Shown here: piece after piece, positions 37,715-49,625 of the stretch | Numbering within the stretch: the first letter of the stretch is position 1 | How the letters are laid out: the number at the start of each line of letters is the position of its first letter | Translations under genes and position numbers: made by a program | Notes under the pieces: generated by a model | What the model saw: the letters and a program-made list of their open reading frames with translations, nothing else | Database searches by the model: none | What the model was told of the DNA's origin: nothing | NCBI RefSeq assembly: GCF_030144855.1 | Contig: NC_082710.1 | Coordinates: forward strand, 171,740,001-171,804,000 | Origin: Hypanus sabinus | Lineage: Eukaryota | DNA length: 64,000 nucleotides | Reading direction: 5' to 3'

Positions 37715-39978
37715 AGAAAAAAACAGGAGAAGGAGGTTGTCAGGCACAATATATTTGTGGAGAAGGAGAGGACTGAACCCACGGTTGAGATTTTTGATTG
37801 GAGAAAGGCTAACTTTGAGGAGATGCGAAAGGATTTAGAGGGAGCGGATTGGGACAATTTGTTTTATGAGAAGGATGTAATAGAGAAATGGAGGTCATTT
37901 AAAGGTGTAATTTTGAGCATACAGAATCTTTATGTTCCTGTTAGGTTGAAAGGAAGGGTTAAACGTTTGAGAGAGCCATGGTTTTCAAGGGATATTGGAA
38001 ACTTGGTTAGGAAAAAGAGAGATATCTATAATAAATATAGGCAGCATGGAGTAAATGAGATGCTCGAGGAATATAAAGAATGTAAGAAGAATCTTAAGAA
38101 AGAAATTAGAAAAGCTAAAAGAAGATACGAGGTTGCTTTGGCAAGTAAGTTGAAAATAAATCCGAAGAGTTTCTACAGTTATATTAATAGCAAAAGGATA
38201 GTGAGGGATAAAATTGGAGCCTTAGAGAATCAGAAGTGGACAGCTATGTGTGGAGCCGAAAGAGAAGGTGTTAGATTTTGAACAATTTCTTTTCTTCAGT
38301 ATTCTCTAAGAAGAAGGGTATTGAATCGTGTAAGGTAAGGGAAACAAGTAGGGAAGTTATGGAAACTATGACTATTAAAGAGGAGGAAGTACTGACGCTT
38401 TTAAGGAATATAAAAGTGGATAAATCTCCGGGTCCTGACAGGATATTCCCTAAGATCTTGAGCGAAGTTAGTGTAGAAATAGCAGGGGCTCTGACAGAAA
38501 TATTTCAAATGTCATTAGAAACAGGGATGGTGCCAGAGGCTTGGCGTATTTCTCATGTGGTTCCATTGTTTAAAAAGGGTTCTAAGAGTAAACCTAGCAA
38601 TTATAGGCCTGTAAGTTTGACGTCAGTGGTGGGTAAATTAATGGAAAGTATTCTTAGAGATGGTATATATAATTATCTGGATAGACAGTGTCTGATTAGG
38701 AACAATCAGCATGGATTTAGTGTGGAAGGTCATGTTTGACAAATCATATTGAACTTTTTGAAGTGCTTACGAGGAAAGTTGACGAGGATAAAGCAGTGAA
38801 TGTTGTCTATGTTCATTTCAGTAAGGCCTTTGACATGGTTCCGCACGTTAGTTAGGAAGGTTCAATCGTTAGGTATTAATATTGAAGTAGTAAAATGGAT
38901 TCAACAGTGTCTGGATGGGAGATGCCAGAGAGTAGTGGTGGATAAGTGTTTGTCAGGTTGGAGGCCGGTGACTAGTGGTGTGCCTCAGGGGTATGTACTG
39001 GGTCCAATGTTGTTTGTCATATACATTAAATATCTGAATGATGGGGTGGTAAATTGGATTAGTAGGTATGCAGATGATACTAAGATAGGTGGCGGTATGG
39101 ATAATGAAGTAGGTTTTCAAAGCTTGCAGACATTTAGGCCAGTTAGAAGAGTGGGCTGAACGATGGCAGATGGAGAATAATGCTGATAAGTATGAGGTGC
39201 TACATTTTAGTAGGAATAATCCAAATAGGACATACATGGTAAATGGTAGGGCATTGGAGAATGCAGTAGAACAAAGTGATCTAGGAATAATGGTGCATAG
39301 TTCCCTGAAGGTGGTATCTTATGTGGATAGGGTGGTGAAGAAAGCTTTTGGGTTGCTGCCCTTTATAAATCAGAGCATTGAGTATAGGAGTTGGGATGTA
39401 ATGTAAAACTTGTACAAGGCATTGGTAAGGCCGAATTTAGGGTATTGTGTACAGTTCTGGTCACCGAATTATAGGAAAGATGTCAACAAAATAGAGAGAG
39501 TACAGAGATGGTTTAGTATAATGTCACCTGGGCTTCAGCACCTTAGTTACAGGGAAAGGTTAAACAAGTTAGGAATTTATTCTTAGGAGCGCAGCAGGTT
39601 GAGGGGGGACCTGATAGAGGTATTTAAAATTATGAGGGGGATGGATAGAGTTGACGTGGACAGGATTTTTCCATTGAGAGTAGGGGAGATTCGAACAAGA
39701 GGACATGAGTTGAGAGTTAAGGGGCAGAAGTTTAAGGGTAACACGAGCGGGAACTTTGCTCAGAGAGTGGTAGCTGTGTGGAACGAGCTTCCAGTAGATG
39801 TGGTAGAGGCAGGTTCGGTATTGTCATTTAAAGTAAAATTGGATAGGTATATGGACAGGAAAGGAATGGAGGTTTATAGACTGAGTGCGGGTCAGTGGGA
39901 CTAGGTGAGAGTAAGCGTCGGCACGGACTAGAAGGGCCGAGATGGCCTGTTTCCTTGCTGTAATTGTTATATGGTTAT
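37715..39978 (+). mobile_element. 5'-truncated CR1 LINE (linker and RT)
   Basis: ORFs 37712-39904 (FDWRKANFEEMR, PSNYRPVSLTSVVGK, YADDTK, RGDLIEVFK). Tail ttatatggttat. Same subfamily as 8850-10125. Confidence 0.92.
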
Positions 39979-39991
39979 ATATATATATAAT

Positions 39992-40216
39992 AAGCTAGAA
40001 TTGCGCAATACTGATGATTTACAGGAGTATGTTTGCGAAATCAGCAGGCAGCGTTGCAGATGCTGAACTCTCATTTCCCTTCTAGTGAGTTTATATTTAA
40101 GGAACCCAAACAGAGCGAGAGATAGAAATTAATATATAAATGGTCTCACTTCTGAGCAAAATACTAATTTCGCAAATATACTTCTGTAAATCATCAGTAT
40201 TGCACAATTCTAGCTT
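39992..40216. repeat. MITE-like element with 50-bp terminal inverted repeats
   Basis: 39992-40041 (aagctagaattgcgcaatactgatgatttacaggagtatgtttgcgaaat) versus the reverse complement of 40167-40216 shows 3 mismatches in 50 bp. About 125 bp non-coding spacer. Confidence 0.8.
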
Positions 40217-41049
40217 TTTTCTTAATATCAAACTGCAGCGTCAATAGGACTGACTCCTAAGATCGCACGAGTGCTTACAGGGAAGTAAAGCTGGACAAGA
40301 GGAACTTTTCATAGAATAAAATGAATCATGTTGAGCTGATTTTCCTTCACAAAATTGCTTTACTCTCCAGTTACTGAAAACTGGGACATGTACTGATTTC
40401 TTAGGGAGATGCTTGCTTACTAAGATTACTACTAAACAATTGGGATTATGATGGGAATAAGGAAACGAGAAAAGTGGAGACCTTAAGTTGCATGGAAGAT
40501 GCGAAGAAAATAATGTTCCATGCTACATTCCACAAGCGGGAATTTCAGTTTCAATTCCCCCTTTTGGTTCCGACAAGACAATAACTGACGTGTTAGATTT
40601 GTTTCTGGATTTCCTTCATTTCCGTTTGGAATTTCTCTTTGTGTGCGTGATTGTATTGTCGAAGAGAGGTCACAAACATCTGATTGTTAAAGTAAGTGGT
40701 CTTCTGTTTTCCACATTTACTTAAAGCACAGCAGCGAACGAATTCTCTGTAATATACTATACCTATACGTTATTATTTTCCTCTGGTATATACTTGGCTT
40801 CTACCATCGTCCTTTCCAGTCCTGATGAATGGTCTTGGCCCGAAAGGTCCTGACCTGCTGAATTCCTCTAGCATTCTGTGTGCGCAGCTGCAAAACTTAG
40901 TCGAAAAAGTATTGAAGGGAACATTTTTGAAAAGCAGAGATCAAATTCATTAAAACATAAAAAGAGGAAAATATTAACGAAATTATTGCAGCCAGTTATG
41001 TTGTTGGACTCAGCTCCGAACCATAGCTAGAAAGGATTAACGTACTTAG

Positions 41050-41339
41050 TGTCACGTGCCCCACGACGGGATTAAAGAACCAGCAGAAATTGAAAACACC
41101 GTGGAGTCTGGTATTGCTATAAAGTAATGCTCTTTATTAGTAACTACGCAATACAGTAACATAAATGCAGATATATCAAACAGGTTAGCAATGATTTTAT
41201 GTGTGTCTGTGAGCGTGTGTGTGTGGAAATAGGAAAACCAAGCTTCTTCAAGCCTAGGGGTAAATGGATACCGTCTTACGACGATGAGTGAAGTGAAGTT
41301 CAGTTCGTGCATATTGAGTCATCGAGTCGAGTAGTTATG

Positions 41340-41373
<34 letters not shown>

Positions 41374-42124
41374 GAGAGAGAGAGAGTTTTGAGTGTTCAG
41401 GTAGGCTGACGCCGTCGGTCGCCCCGTTGTCCTCCGAAATCCTTTGGAAGTCACGGACTGTGACCATAACTAAGGCAACCGTTCTTCTGTGGTGGAATTA
41501 CTAATCCAGGCGAGGGTTGGACACACAAATAACTCTCCACCGGTCACACCCTCTTCACATTGCGAGAGCCACTGATCGATCCTTCAACACCCACCTTTGC
41601 TGTGGGCACAACAAAGCTCATTCAGTGTCCGAAACCATGTGTCTGTAGGTCTATCAGCTGACCCACTATTTATCTCAGCATGCTGAACACCAGCCGTCCA
41701 TCAAATAACGCCGCCCTCGGTAACCATGGCGGCCCGTGAGCTGCTCCTTCTCCGCAAAAACTCACAAGCAGGCAGTGTCCTTGTATATTCGAAACTAGCT
41801 TGCAGAGAAACCANNNNNNNNNNNNNNNNNNNNNNNNNNNNNNNNNNNNNNNNNNNNNNNNNNNNNNNNNNNNNNNNNNNNNNNNNNNNNNNNNNNNNNN
41901 NNNNNNNNNNNNNNNNNNNNNNNNNNNNNNNNNNNNNNNNNNNNNNNNNNNNNNNNNNNNNNNNNNNNNNNNNNNNNNNNNNNNNNNNNNNNNNNNNNNN
42001 NNNNNNNNNNNNNNNNNNNNNNNNNNNNNNNNNNNNNNNNNNNNNNNNNNNNNNNGTCGAAAAACAACTCCCTCTCTCTTTTCAAAAAGACATTTCATAG
42101 GGGTAATTCAGGAACCCCGTCACA
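41050..42124 (-). mobile_element. Solo LTR with internal (GA)n and an assembly gap
   Basis: tgtca...tcaca termini and 4-bp TSD TTAG (41046-41049, 42125-42128). AATAAA on the minus strand near 41135. Same family as 62052-62975. Confidence 0.85.
41814..42055. other. Assembly gap (N run)
   Basis: Run of N. Further gaps at 45449-45578 and 50201-50329. Confidence 1.
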
Positions 42125-42329
42125 TTAGGTAGTGGCAGATGGTACTTGTTGAGCCAAGATCTTAATTGCTAAAGTTGTTTTTTTTTGTGATGATGCAAGA
42201 ATATTGAAGTGCAGTATATTTGATGTCGTACACACGATCTTAACAAGGCTCTTCACGAGCTTCCTAATGAAGGCCTAATAAAGATCAAAGTTAAAAGTGC
42301 AAATTTTTTTCTTATTAATGCGCATATAT

Positions 42330-43115
42330 GTCACCATATACAACATTACGATTCATTTGCTTGGGACAAATTCAATAAATCCACAATAGAATAGTAATCA
42401 AAATAGAATCAATGAAAGACTTGGTCGTTTAAACCAGTGAGCAAAAGGCAACAAGCTGTTGTCAAAACAAACGCAACAAGGAAGAAGTAATAGTAACGCA
42501 TAAGTAAGCAATAAATATGGAGAACATTTTATGAAGAGTCCTTGAAAGTGAGTCCATAAATTATGGGAATATTTCAGCGATGGGGCAGGTAAAGTAAAGT
42601 GAAGTGAAGTTATTCGTAGTGCGTGTGTTTGGGGGGGGGGGATGAGGAGGTTTCCTTGATGATGCATGCTTTCCTGTGGCAATGCATCATATAGTTCTGC
42701 TCAATTCTGGGGAGGTCTTTACCCATGGTGGACAGGGTCGTGTCCTCCACTTCTTGCAGGATTTTCTGTTCAAGGGCATTGGTGTTTCAAGCCAGGTTGT
42801 GTGTTACAGACAGTCAATATTCTCTCCAATACACATCTATTGATGCCAGTCAAAATTTTAGATGGTATGCCGAATCGTTGAAAACTCATCAGGAAGTAAA
42901 GGTGCTTTTCGTAATTGCATTTAAGTGATGGGCGCAGGACAGCTCCTCTGAAATAACAAAACCGAGGATATTTAAAGTTGCTGACCGTCTCCACCTCTCA
43001 TCCTCCAATGAGGAATTAATCATTGACCTCTGTTATTCTCCTTCGGAAGTCAGTAATCAGTTCTTTGGTCTTCCTGTCAGAGATATTTTTAAGGCAATTT
43101 GTCAAGCAACTTTTT
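42330..43115 (-). mobile_element. Old Rex-Babar fragment
   Basis: ORF 42770-42994 (ETVSNFKY..KHLYFLMSFQRFGIPSKILT..CVLERILTVC). Confidence 0.7.
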
Positions 43116-44542
43116 CAATCCGGTCAAGATGACGCCAGCGAACGGGATTCTTCGGGCGACATCTTGCAGAACCCAGTCAATCTCTTCATTATTTCGGGTA
43201 CTCTACATCTTCTGCTTGTTTTTTTGTGCCTTGAATGTGCTTCGAAACTGCTGGTACCTGTGACGTGCAGTCAGAGCCCTGTCGAATGCTCTGACAGAGT
43301 GCTGGCTCGGAGAACACGGTGAGTTCGCGCTGCCTCGTGCCGAAGACCAGAGACGGTTGCTGGCGTCCATGAACGATTCCATTTTGAAGCGACGAGGATG
43401 ATGTGGCGGAGTCGGCGGTCACTCACCACGAAGGCGTTCATGGCGGTCGGTAGACGGGTCAGCGGCGTTTCGAAGGATTGAGTACATGCGGGCACTGTCC
43501 TCGAGGCTGAAAGGATGTTGTTTTCGAAATTCTGAGACATGTAATTATTGGGCGGTATCTTATATCGGTCTCCTTCGGTTTTCTGTGGTTTCTTTCTTGT
43601 CGACGATTGCTGGGTGGATGATATGTTGCTTTTTCTGCAAGGGAGGTGTTGGAGATTATTGTTGGTGTTCATGTTGGTGATCTGTTAGTTATTTAGTGCG
43701 AAGGAGGGGGTGGGGTTAGGGATTTGCGAGTAGTTTTCTTTTTTTGTTTTCATGCGGGAGGCGGGTGTTATGTCTTTTAATTGAACAACCCTATGGGTTT
43801 TCTATATTTCATAGCTGTGTAGAGAAGGCGAATGTCAGGGTTGTAGTGTACAGGCATAGTTTGACAATAAATTGAACTTTCAACCTTTGAACCGTTTTTC
43901 CGTCTCCTTCCTTTATGCTCATTCTTCACCGCCTATGCTTAGGCCTACGACAATGATGTCAGCAAAATTGACTAAGGCATTAGAGCTGTGCTTAGCTACA
44001 CAGTCATAAATGTAAGGTGGGTAGAGCTGGAGCCTAAGCAGACAAACTTGTGGTGCATCTGGTCTGATGGAGATCGTGGAGGAGATGTTGTTGCCAATCG
44101 AACTGACTCATCAAAGGAAGGTTGACAAAGTGGTTAAATTGGCGAATAAATATCAGTAAGCAAAGCGTAAATGTTGACGAGATACTTGCTAATTGTTGGC
44201 TATTATAATCGTGGTTATAGGAGTGACTACACGTATTATCTTTATTTGAAAGGTATGCGTTATTGATTTAGACATTGATGGCGAGGACACCTTGGAACAA
44301 TTTGCAGATTGCCAGGGCACAAATGGCTAATATAATGGGACATGTTATTAAGATGTTAGGAGCAAAGTATAATGGGAGATATCAGAAGCATGATTTTGTA
44401 CACGAAGAGCATTAGGTGTGTGGAACGCGCTGCCAGAATTGGTGGTAGAAACAGATATACTGGGGATTCTTGGACAGTTACACGATTAAGAGAAAATTAA
44501 TGGTTATGTGGGAGAAGATTGTTCTATTGTTCTTGGAGTACG

Positions 44543-45381
44543 TGTCATACGGTGGGCGCTGGGAGCGGACCCAAATGCAAGACACAGACACTGAATTACT
44601 AGGAAATGGACTGGACTACAGTTAGGGACGGGACAGGACACAGACTAGGAGCTGGGACAGGAACACAGACTTAGGCTAGAACCTTGGCTAGTAAAAAGGG
44701 ACCAGGACAAGGAACTGGGAACGAGGAGCCTGGGCTTGGACTCCGAGCCAGAGACTGGACAAGGACCCAAAACCTGGGTTATAACTCGGGCTTGGATCCC
44801 GGAATCATGAAAGATATGACCGTGGCTACAGAACTGGACGAGGCTTGGATTCTTCGAGGCTTTCTTGGGCAGGACGAGGTATTCCTGGGTTGGGCGAGGC
44901 AGAAGGACAGGACGAGACCCCGAAGCCTTGACTTGGTCTTGGGAGAACAGGAACACAGGGATATGGAGCACAGAGCCGGGACCCGTCCTTAGGAACAGGA
45001 CTTGGGGCCGGGGTTGTACACAGTCAGGACCCCTCCTGGGGAGCAGGATGTAGAGCCGGGACTCGTACACAGAACACAGAGAGACGGCGGTGGGGGGGGG
45101 GGGGGGGTCATTCAATAGGAGACAACCCAGGATGGCGAGAGTAACACGACAGTGTCTGTGTCGCTGGGTTTATACTTGGCTGGACTGGTCTGTCATAGGG
45201 TGGGCGCTGTGAGTCGTGCACAGAACACAGAGGGATTGTTCTGAACACAAGGCAGCGGCAGACGTAGCGAAGGCTTGGAAACAGAGACAGTTCCAAACAA
45301 CGATAGACGGTTCATTATCTAGACACAGCAAGGCTCCGGTCTTACATTTGACAGTGTAGAACTTGGCGGTAGAACTTGACA
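44543..45381 (-). mobile_element. LTR-like element related to 16298-17259 and 5602-5993
   Basis: Begins tgtcatacggtgggcgctgggagcggacccaaatgcaagacac, the reverse complement of the LTR 3' end. Short purine-rich internal repeats. Terminal motif repeated at 45191. No TSD found. Confidence 0.6.
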
Positions 45382-45399
45382 GCGATACAGGCGAGGTTT

Positions 45400-46135
45400 C
45401 AGGCAATGGCTTCAGGAGGAAGGTGAAAGGAAGGGTAGGGTAGGGAACNNNNNNNNNNNNNNNNNNNNNNNNNNNNNNNNNNNNNNNNNNNNNNNNNNNN
45501 NNNNNNNNNNNNNNNNNNNNNNNNNNNNNNNNNNNNNNNNNNNNNNNNNNNNNNNNNNNNNNNNNNNNNNNNNNNNNNTGCTACCCAGCTTAATGGTGCA
45601 TTACCGCCACCTTCTGCTCCGGAGTATGCGATGGACACACATTCTAAATCCCTTCACCTAATCGCACACATACACATACCCTAACCTACACTTTATCCTC
45701 CCCATCCTAGTACCCCATTTCTGTTTATCCATCATATCCTATAAAAAATCCTTGTACCCCTTAAGAAAGCTAAAAATACCCTGACCTGTACTCTCTCAGC
45801 CATGCCCAGCAACCCTTTTAATGTGAATTCTTGCACCCCCACTTCCCTTAGATTAATTCTCATCATCTCTCTCTGTATCCCATACTTCCTGCAACTCAGA
45901 ATTACATGCTCTACTGAATCCTCTTCCTGACATTCCTCACACAATCCTGTCTGGAGTTTCCCTATCAATTTCAATGTTTGGTTTAGTGCACAGATCCCCA
46001 GCCTTAACCTAGTCCACACAATTTCCTCCCTTCTGTATCTACTTCCTACCCTAGTACCTGCAACACTTTTTTGTATTTGATATAAATGCCTCCCTTTCCC
46101 CTCCTAGCCAATGAAGCTGAACCCAGGAGCTACTT
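45400..46135 (-). mobile_element. Nimb / I-clade LINE 3' end
   Basis: ORF 45732-46019 (TRLRLG..LN..L..IGK..TGLCEECQEEDSVEHVILSC..Y...R) is a C-terminal CCHC knuckle. The 3' UTR has ggtggcggtaatgcacc. Confidence 0.75.
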
Positions 46136-46269
46136 ATGTCGCCAGCCCAAAATGAGAGTCAGGTGCCTCAAATAGTGTACCCAACAGAACATGGGAAAAT
46201 CAGAAAACCTGGAATAAGGAACGTTGAAGCGGACCGTGAATCAGAATGCGGACTTCACGGACCGGACCA

Positions 46270-47335
46270 TCAAATCAAGTCAAGTCAAGTCAAGTCACTT
46301 TTATTGTCATTTCGACCATAACTGCTGGTACAGTACACAGTAAAACTGAGACAACATTTTTCAGGACCATGATATTACATGACACAGTACAAAAACTAGA
46401 CTGAACTACGTAAAAAAAAACACAAAGAAAGCTACACTAGACTACAGACCTACACAGGACTGCATGAAGTGCACAAAACAGTGCAGGCATTACAATAGAT
46501 AATAAACAGGGTAATAGGTCAAGGTGTCAGTCCAGGCTCTGGGTATTGAGGAGTCTGATAGCTTGTGGAAAGAAACTGTTACATAGTCTGGTCGTGAGAG
46601 CCGGAATGCTTCGGAGCCTTTTCCCAGCCGGCAGGAGGGAGAAGAGATTGTATGAGGGGTGCACAGGGTCCTTCATAATGCTGTTTCCTTTGCGGATGCA
46701 GCGTGTAGTGTAAATGTCCGTGATGGCGGGAAGAGAGACCCGATGATCTTCTCAGCTGACCTCACTATCCGCTGCAGGGTCTTGTGATCCGAGATGGTGC
46801 AATTTCCGAACCAGGCAGTGATGCAGCTGCTCAGGATGCTCTCAATACAACTCTTGTAGAATGTGATGAAGATGGAGGGTGGAAATGGACTTTCCTCAGC
46901 CTTCGCAGAAAGTAGAGATGCTGTTGGGGTTTCTTTGTTATGGAGCTGGTGTTGAAGGACCAGGTGAAATTCTCCGTCAGGTGAACTCCAAGAAATTTGA
47001 TGCTCTTTACGATTTCTACCGAGGAGCCGTATATGTTCAACAGGGAGTGGTCGCTCTGTGCGCTCCTGAAGTCAACAACCATCTCTTTTGTTTGCTCACA
47101 TTAAGAGACAGGTTGTTGGCTCTGCACCAGTCCATTAGCGGCTGCACCTCCTCTCTGTAAGCTGACTCGTCGTTCTTGCTGATGAGACGTACCACGGTCC
47201 TGTCATCGGCTAACTTGATGATATGGTTCGAGCTGTGTGTTGCAGCACAGTCATGGGTCAGCAGAGTGAACAGCAGTGGACTCAGCACGCAGCCCTGGGT
47301 AGCCCTCGTGTTCAGTGTGATGGTGTTGGAGTTGG
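46270..47335 (-). mobile_element. Rex-Babar LINE 3' portion
   Basis: (aagtc)n tail at about 46275-46297. ORFs MLSPLLFTLLTHDC..IKLADD and MVVDFR..KFLGVHL..QQHLYFLRRLRK. Confidence 0.9.
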
Positions 47336-47514
47336 TGACAGTACATTAACAGGTTGGCACATAATCGTGGGACGAAGGTTTTGTACTGTGCTGTATTGTT
47401 CTTTGTTACTATAGAGGGAAAAAGTTTTGCGCTGTTGGCGAGAATATGGCTCGAAAGAAGTTTTGGTAATTTTTAATAGACATCTGAAGTGACATAGAAT
47501 GCAATTTTAAAATT

Positions 47515-47790
47515 TAGGCATATAGCGCAGAGTAAACCCTTTCAGTCTTTCAAGCATCGTAGCCCATCAACCACCGATTAAACTTAGCTTAATCATGGGA
47601 CAATTTATAAAGACAAATTAATCCTCCAATCGGTACTGTATGGACCGTGGGAGGAAACGGGAGCACACGGAGAAATGTAACACATTCCACGGGGAGGACG
47701 TACAGACGCCTTATAGGGGACTTCGGAATTGAACTCCGAACTCTGAACCCCGAACTGTAATAGCACAATGGTTCTGTCGCCCATGGTATT
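47515..47790 (-). mobile_element. tRNA-derived V-SINE (HE1-like)
   Basis: Minus strand has a B-box-like ggagttcaattcc and a V-domain (gtacgtcctccccgtg...gtgctcccgtttcctcccac), followed by a CR1-like 3' tail. Confidence 0.7.
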
Positions 47791-47894
47791 CGGGGTTGTC
47801 TGTAAGTCATGGATAGGCCAACGCCACATTTTCTTAATAAGTCAAATAGTGTGTCTATCGCAAATATATTTAGAAGAAAGCAGTGAAAGCAAAT

Positions 47895-49625
47895 TCAAAC
47901 ACAAGGAAATCTGCAGATGCTGGAAATTCAAACAACAACACATACAAAATGCTGGTGGAACACAGCAGGCCAGGCAGCATCTATAGGGAGAAGCGCTGTC
48001 GACGTTTCGGGCTGAGACCCTTCGACAGGACTAACTGAAAGGAAAGATAGTAAGAGATTTGAAAGTAGTGGGGGGAGGGGGAAATGCGAAATGATAGGAG
48101 AAGACCGGAGGGGGTGGGATGAAGCTAAGAGCTGGAAAAGTGATTGGTGAAAGTGATACCGAGCTGGAAAAGGGAAAGGATCACGGGACGGGAGGCCTCG
48201 GGAGAAAGAAAGGGGGGTGGGGGGTGGGGAAGCACCAGAGGGAGATGGAGAACAGGAAAACAACTAAATATGTCAAGGATGGGGTAAGAAGGGGAGGAGG
48301 GGCATTAACGGAAGTTAGAGAAGTCAATGTTCATGCCATCAGGTTGGAGGCTACCCAGCCGGTATATAAGGTGTTGTTCCTCCAACCTGAGTTTGGATTC
48401 ATTTTGACAGTAGAGGAGGCCATGGATAGACATATCAGAATGGGAACGGGACGTGGAATTAAAATGTGCGGCCACTGGGAGATCCTGCTTTCTCTGGCGG
48501 ACCGAGCGTAGGTGTTCAGAGAAACCGTCTTCCAGTGTGCGTCGAGTCTCACCAATATATACAAGGCCACACCGCGAGCACCGGATGCAGTACAGCACAC
48601 CAGTCGACTCACAGGTGAAGTGTCACCTCACCTGGAAGGAATGTCTGGGCTCTGAATGGTGTTAAGGGAGGAAGTGTAAGGGCAGGTGTAACACCTGTTC
48701 CGCTTAAAAGGGTAAGTGCCAGAAGGGAGATCGGTGGGAAGGGATGGGCGGAGGGAGGGGGGAAGAGTTGACAAGGGAGTCGCGTAGGGAGCGATCCCTG
48801 CGGAAAGCAGAAAGAGGTGGAGACGGAAAGATGTGTTTGGTAGTGGGTTCCCGTTGGAGGTGGCGGAAGTTACGGAGAATTATACGTTGGACCTGGAGGA
48901 CGGTGTGGACAAGGGGAACCCTATCCCGAGTGGGGTGGCGGGCGGATGGGGTGAGGGCAGATGTGCGGGAAATGGGAGAGATGCGTTTGAGAGCAGAGTT
49001 GATGGTGGAAGAAGGGAAGCCCCTTTGTTTAAAAAATGAAGACATCTCCTTCGTCCTGGAATGAAAAGTCTCATCCTGAGAGCAGATGCAGCGGAGAGGG
49101 AGGAATTGTGACAAGGGGATAGCATTTATTCAAGAGACAGGGTGGGAAGAGGAATAGTCCAGGTAGCTGTGAGAGTCTGTAGGCTGAAAGCAGATAAGCC
49201 GATGGAGACAGAAAGATCAAGAAAGGGGAGGGAGGTGTCGGAAATGGACCAGGTAAATTTGAGGGCAGGGTGAAAGTTGGAGGCAAAGTTAACGAAGTCG
49301 ACGAGCTCAGCATGCGTGGAGAAGGCAGCGCCAATTCAGTCGTCGATGTAGCGAAGGAAAAGAGGGGGATGGATACTCGTATAGACTTGGAACATGGACT
49401 GTTCCACAAAGCCAACAAAAAGGCAGACATAACTGGGACCCATACGGGTGCCCATGGCTACACCCTTGGTTTGGAGGAAATGGCAGGAGCCAAAGGAGAA
49501 ATTATTGAGAGTAAGAACTAATTCCACTAGACGGAGGAGAGTGGTGGTAGAGGGGAATTGGTTAAGACTGGAATCCAAAAAGAAGAGAAAAGCTTCGAGA
49601 CCTTCTCGGTGGGGGCTGGAGGTAT
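47895..49625 (-). mobile_element. Penelope-like element (RT, GIY-YIG endonuclease and pseudo-LTR), decayed
   Basis: RT: QTKGVAMGTRMGPSY..FLRYIDD (49336-49578). GIY-YIG: YCIRCSRCGLVYIGETRR..EHLRS..PVAAHFN..EQHLIYRLGSLQPDGMN (48305-48598). Confidence 0.92.

Noticed and set aside
8850-39978. Possible 29-30 kb segmental duplication, since the CR1 pair (8.9k/38.8k) and V-exon pair (25.7k/54.9k) have similar offsets
   Set aside because: The CR1 copies are far more similar to each other than the V exons are, have different 5' truncations, and have unrelated flanks. They are independent insertions.
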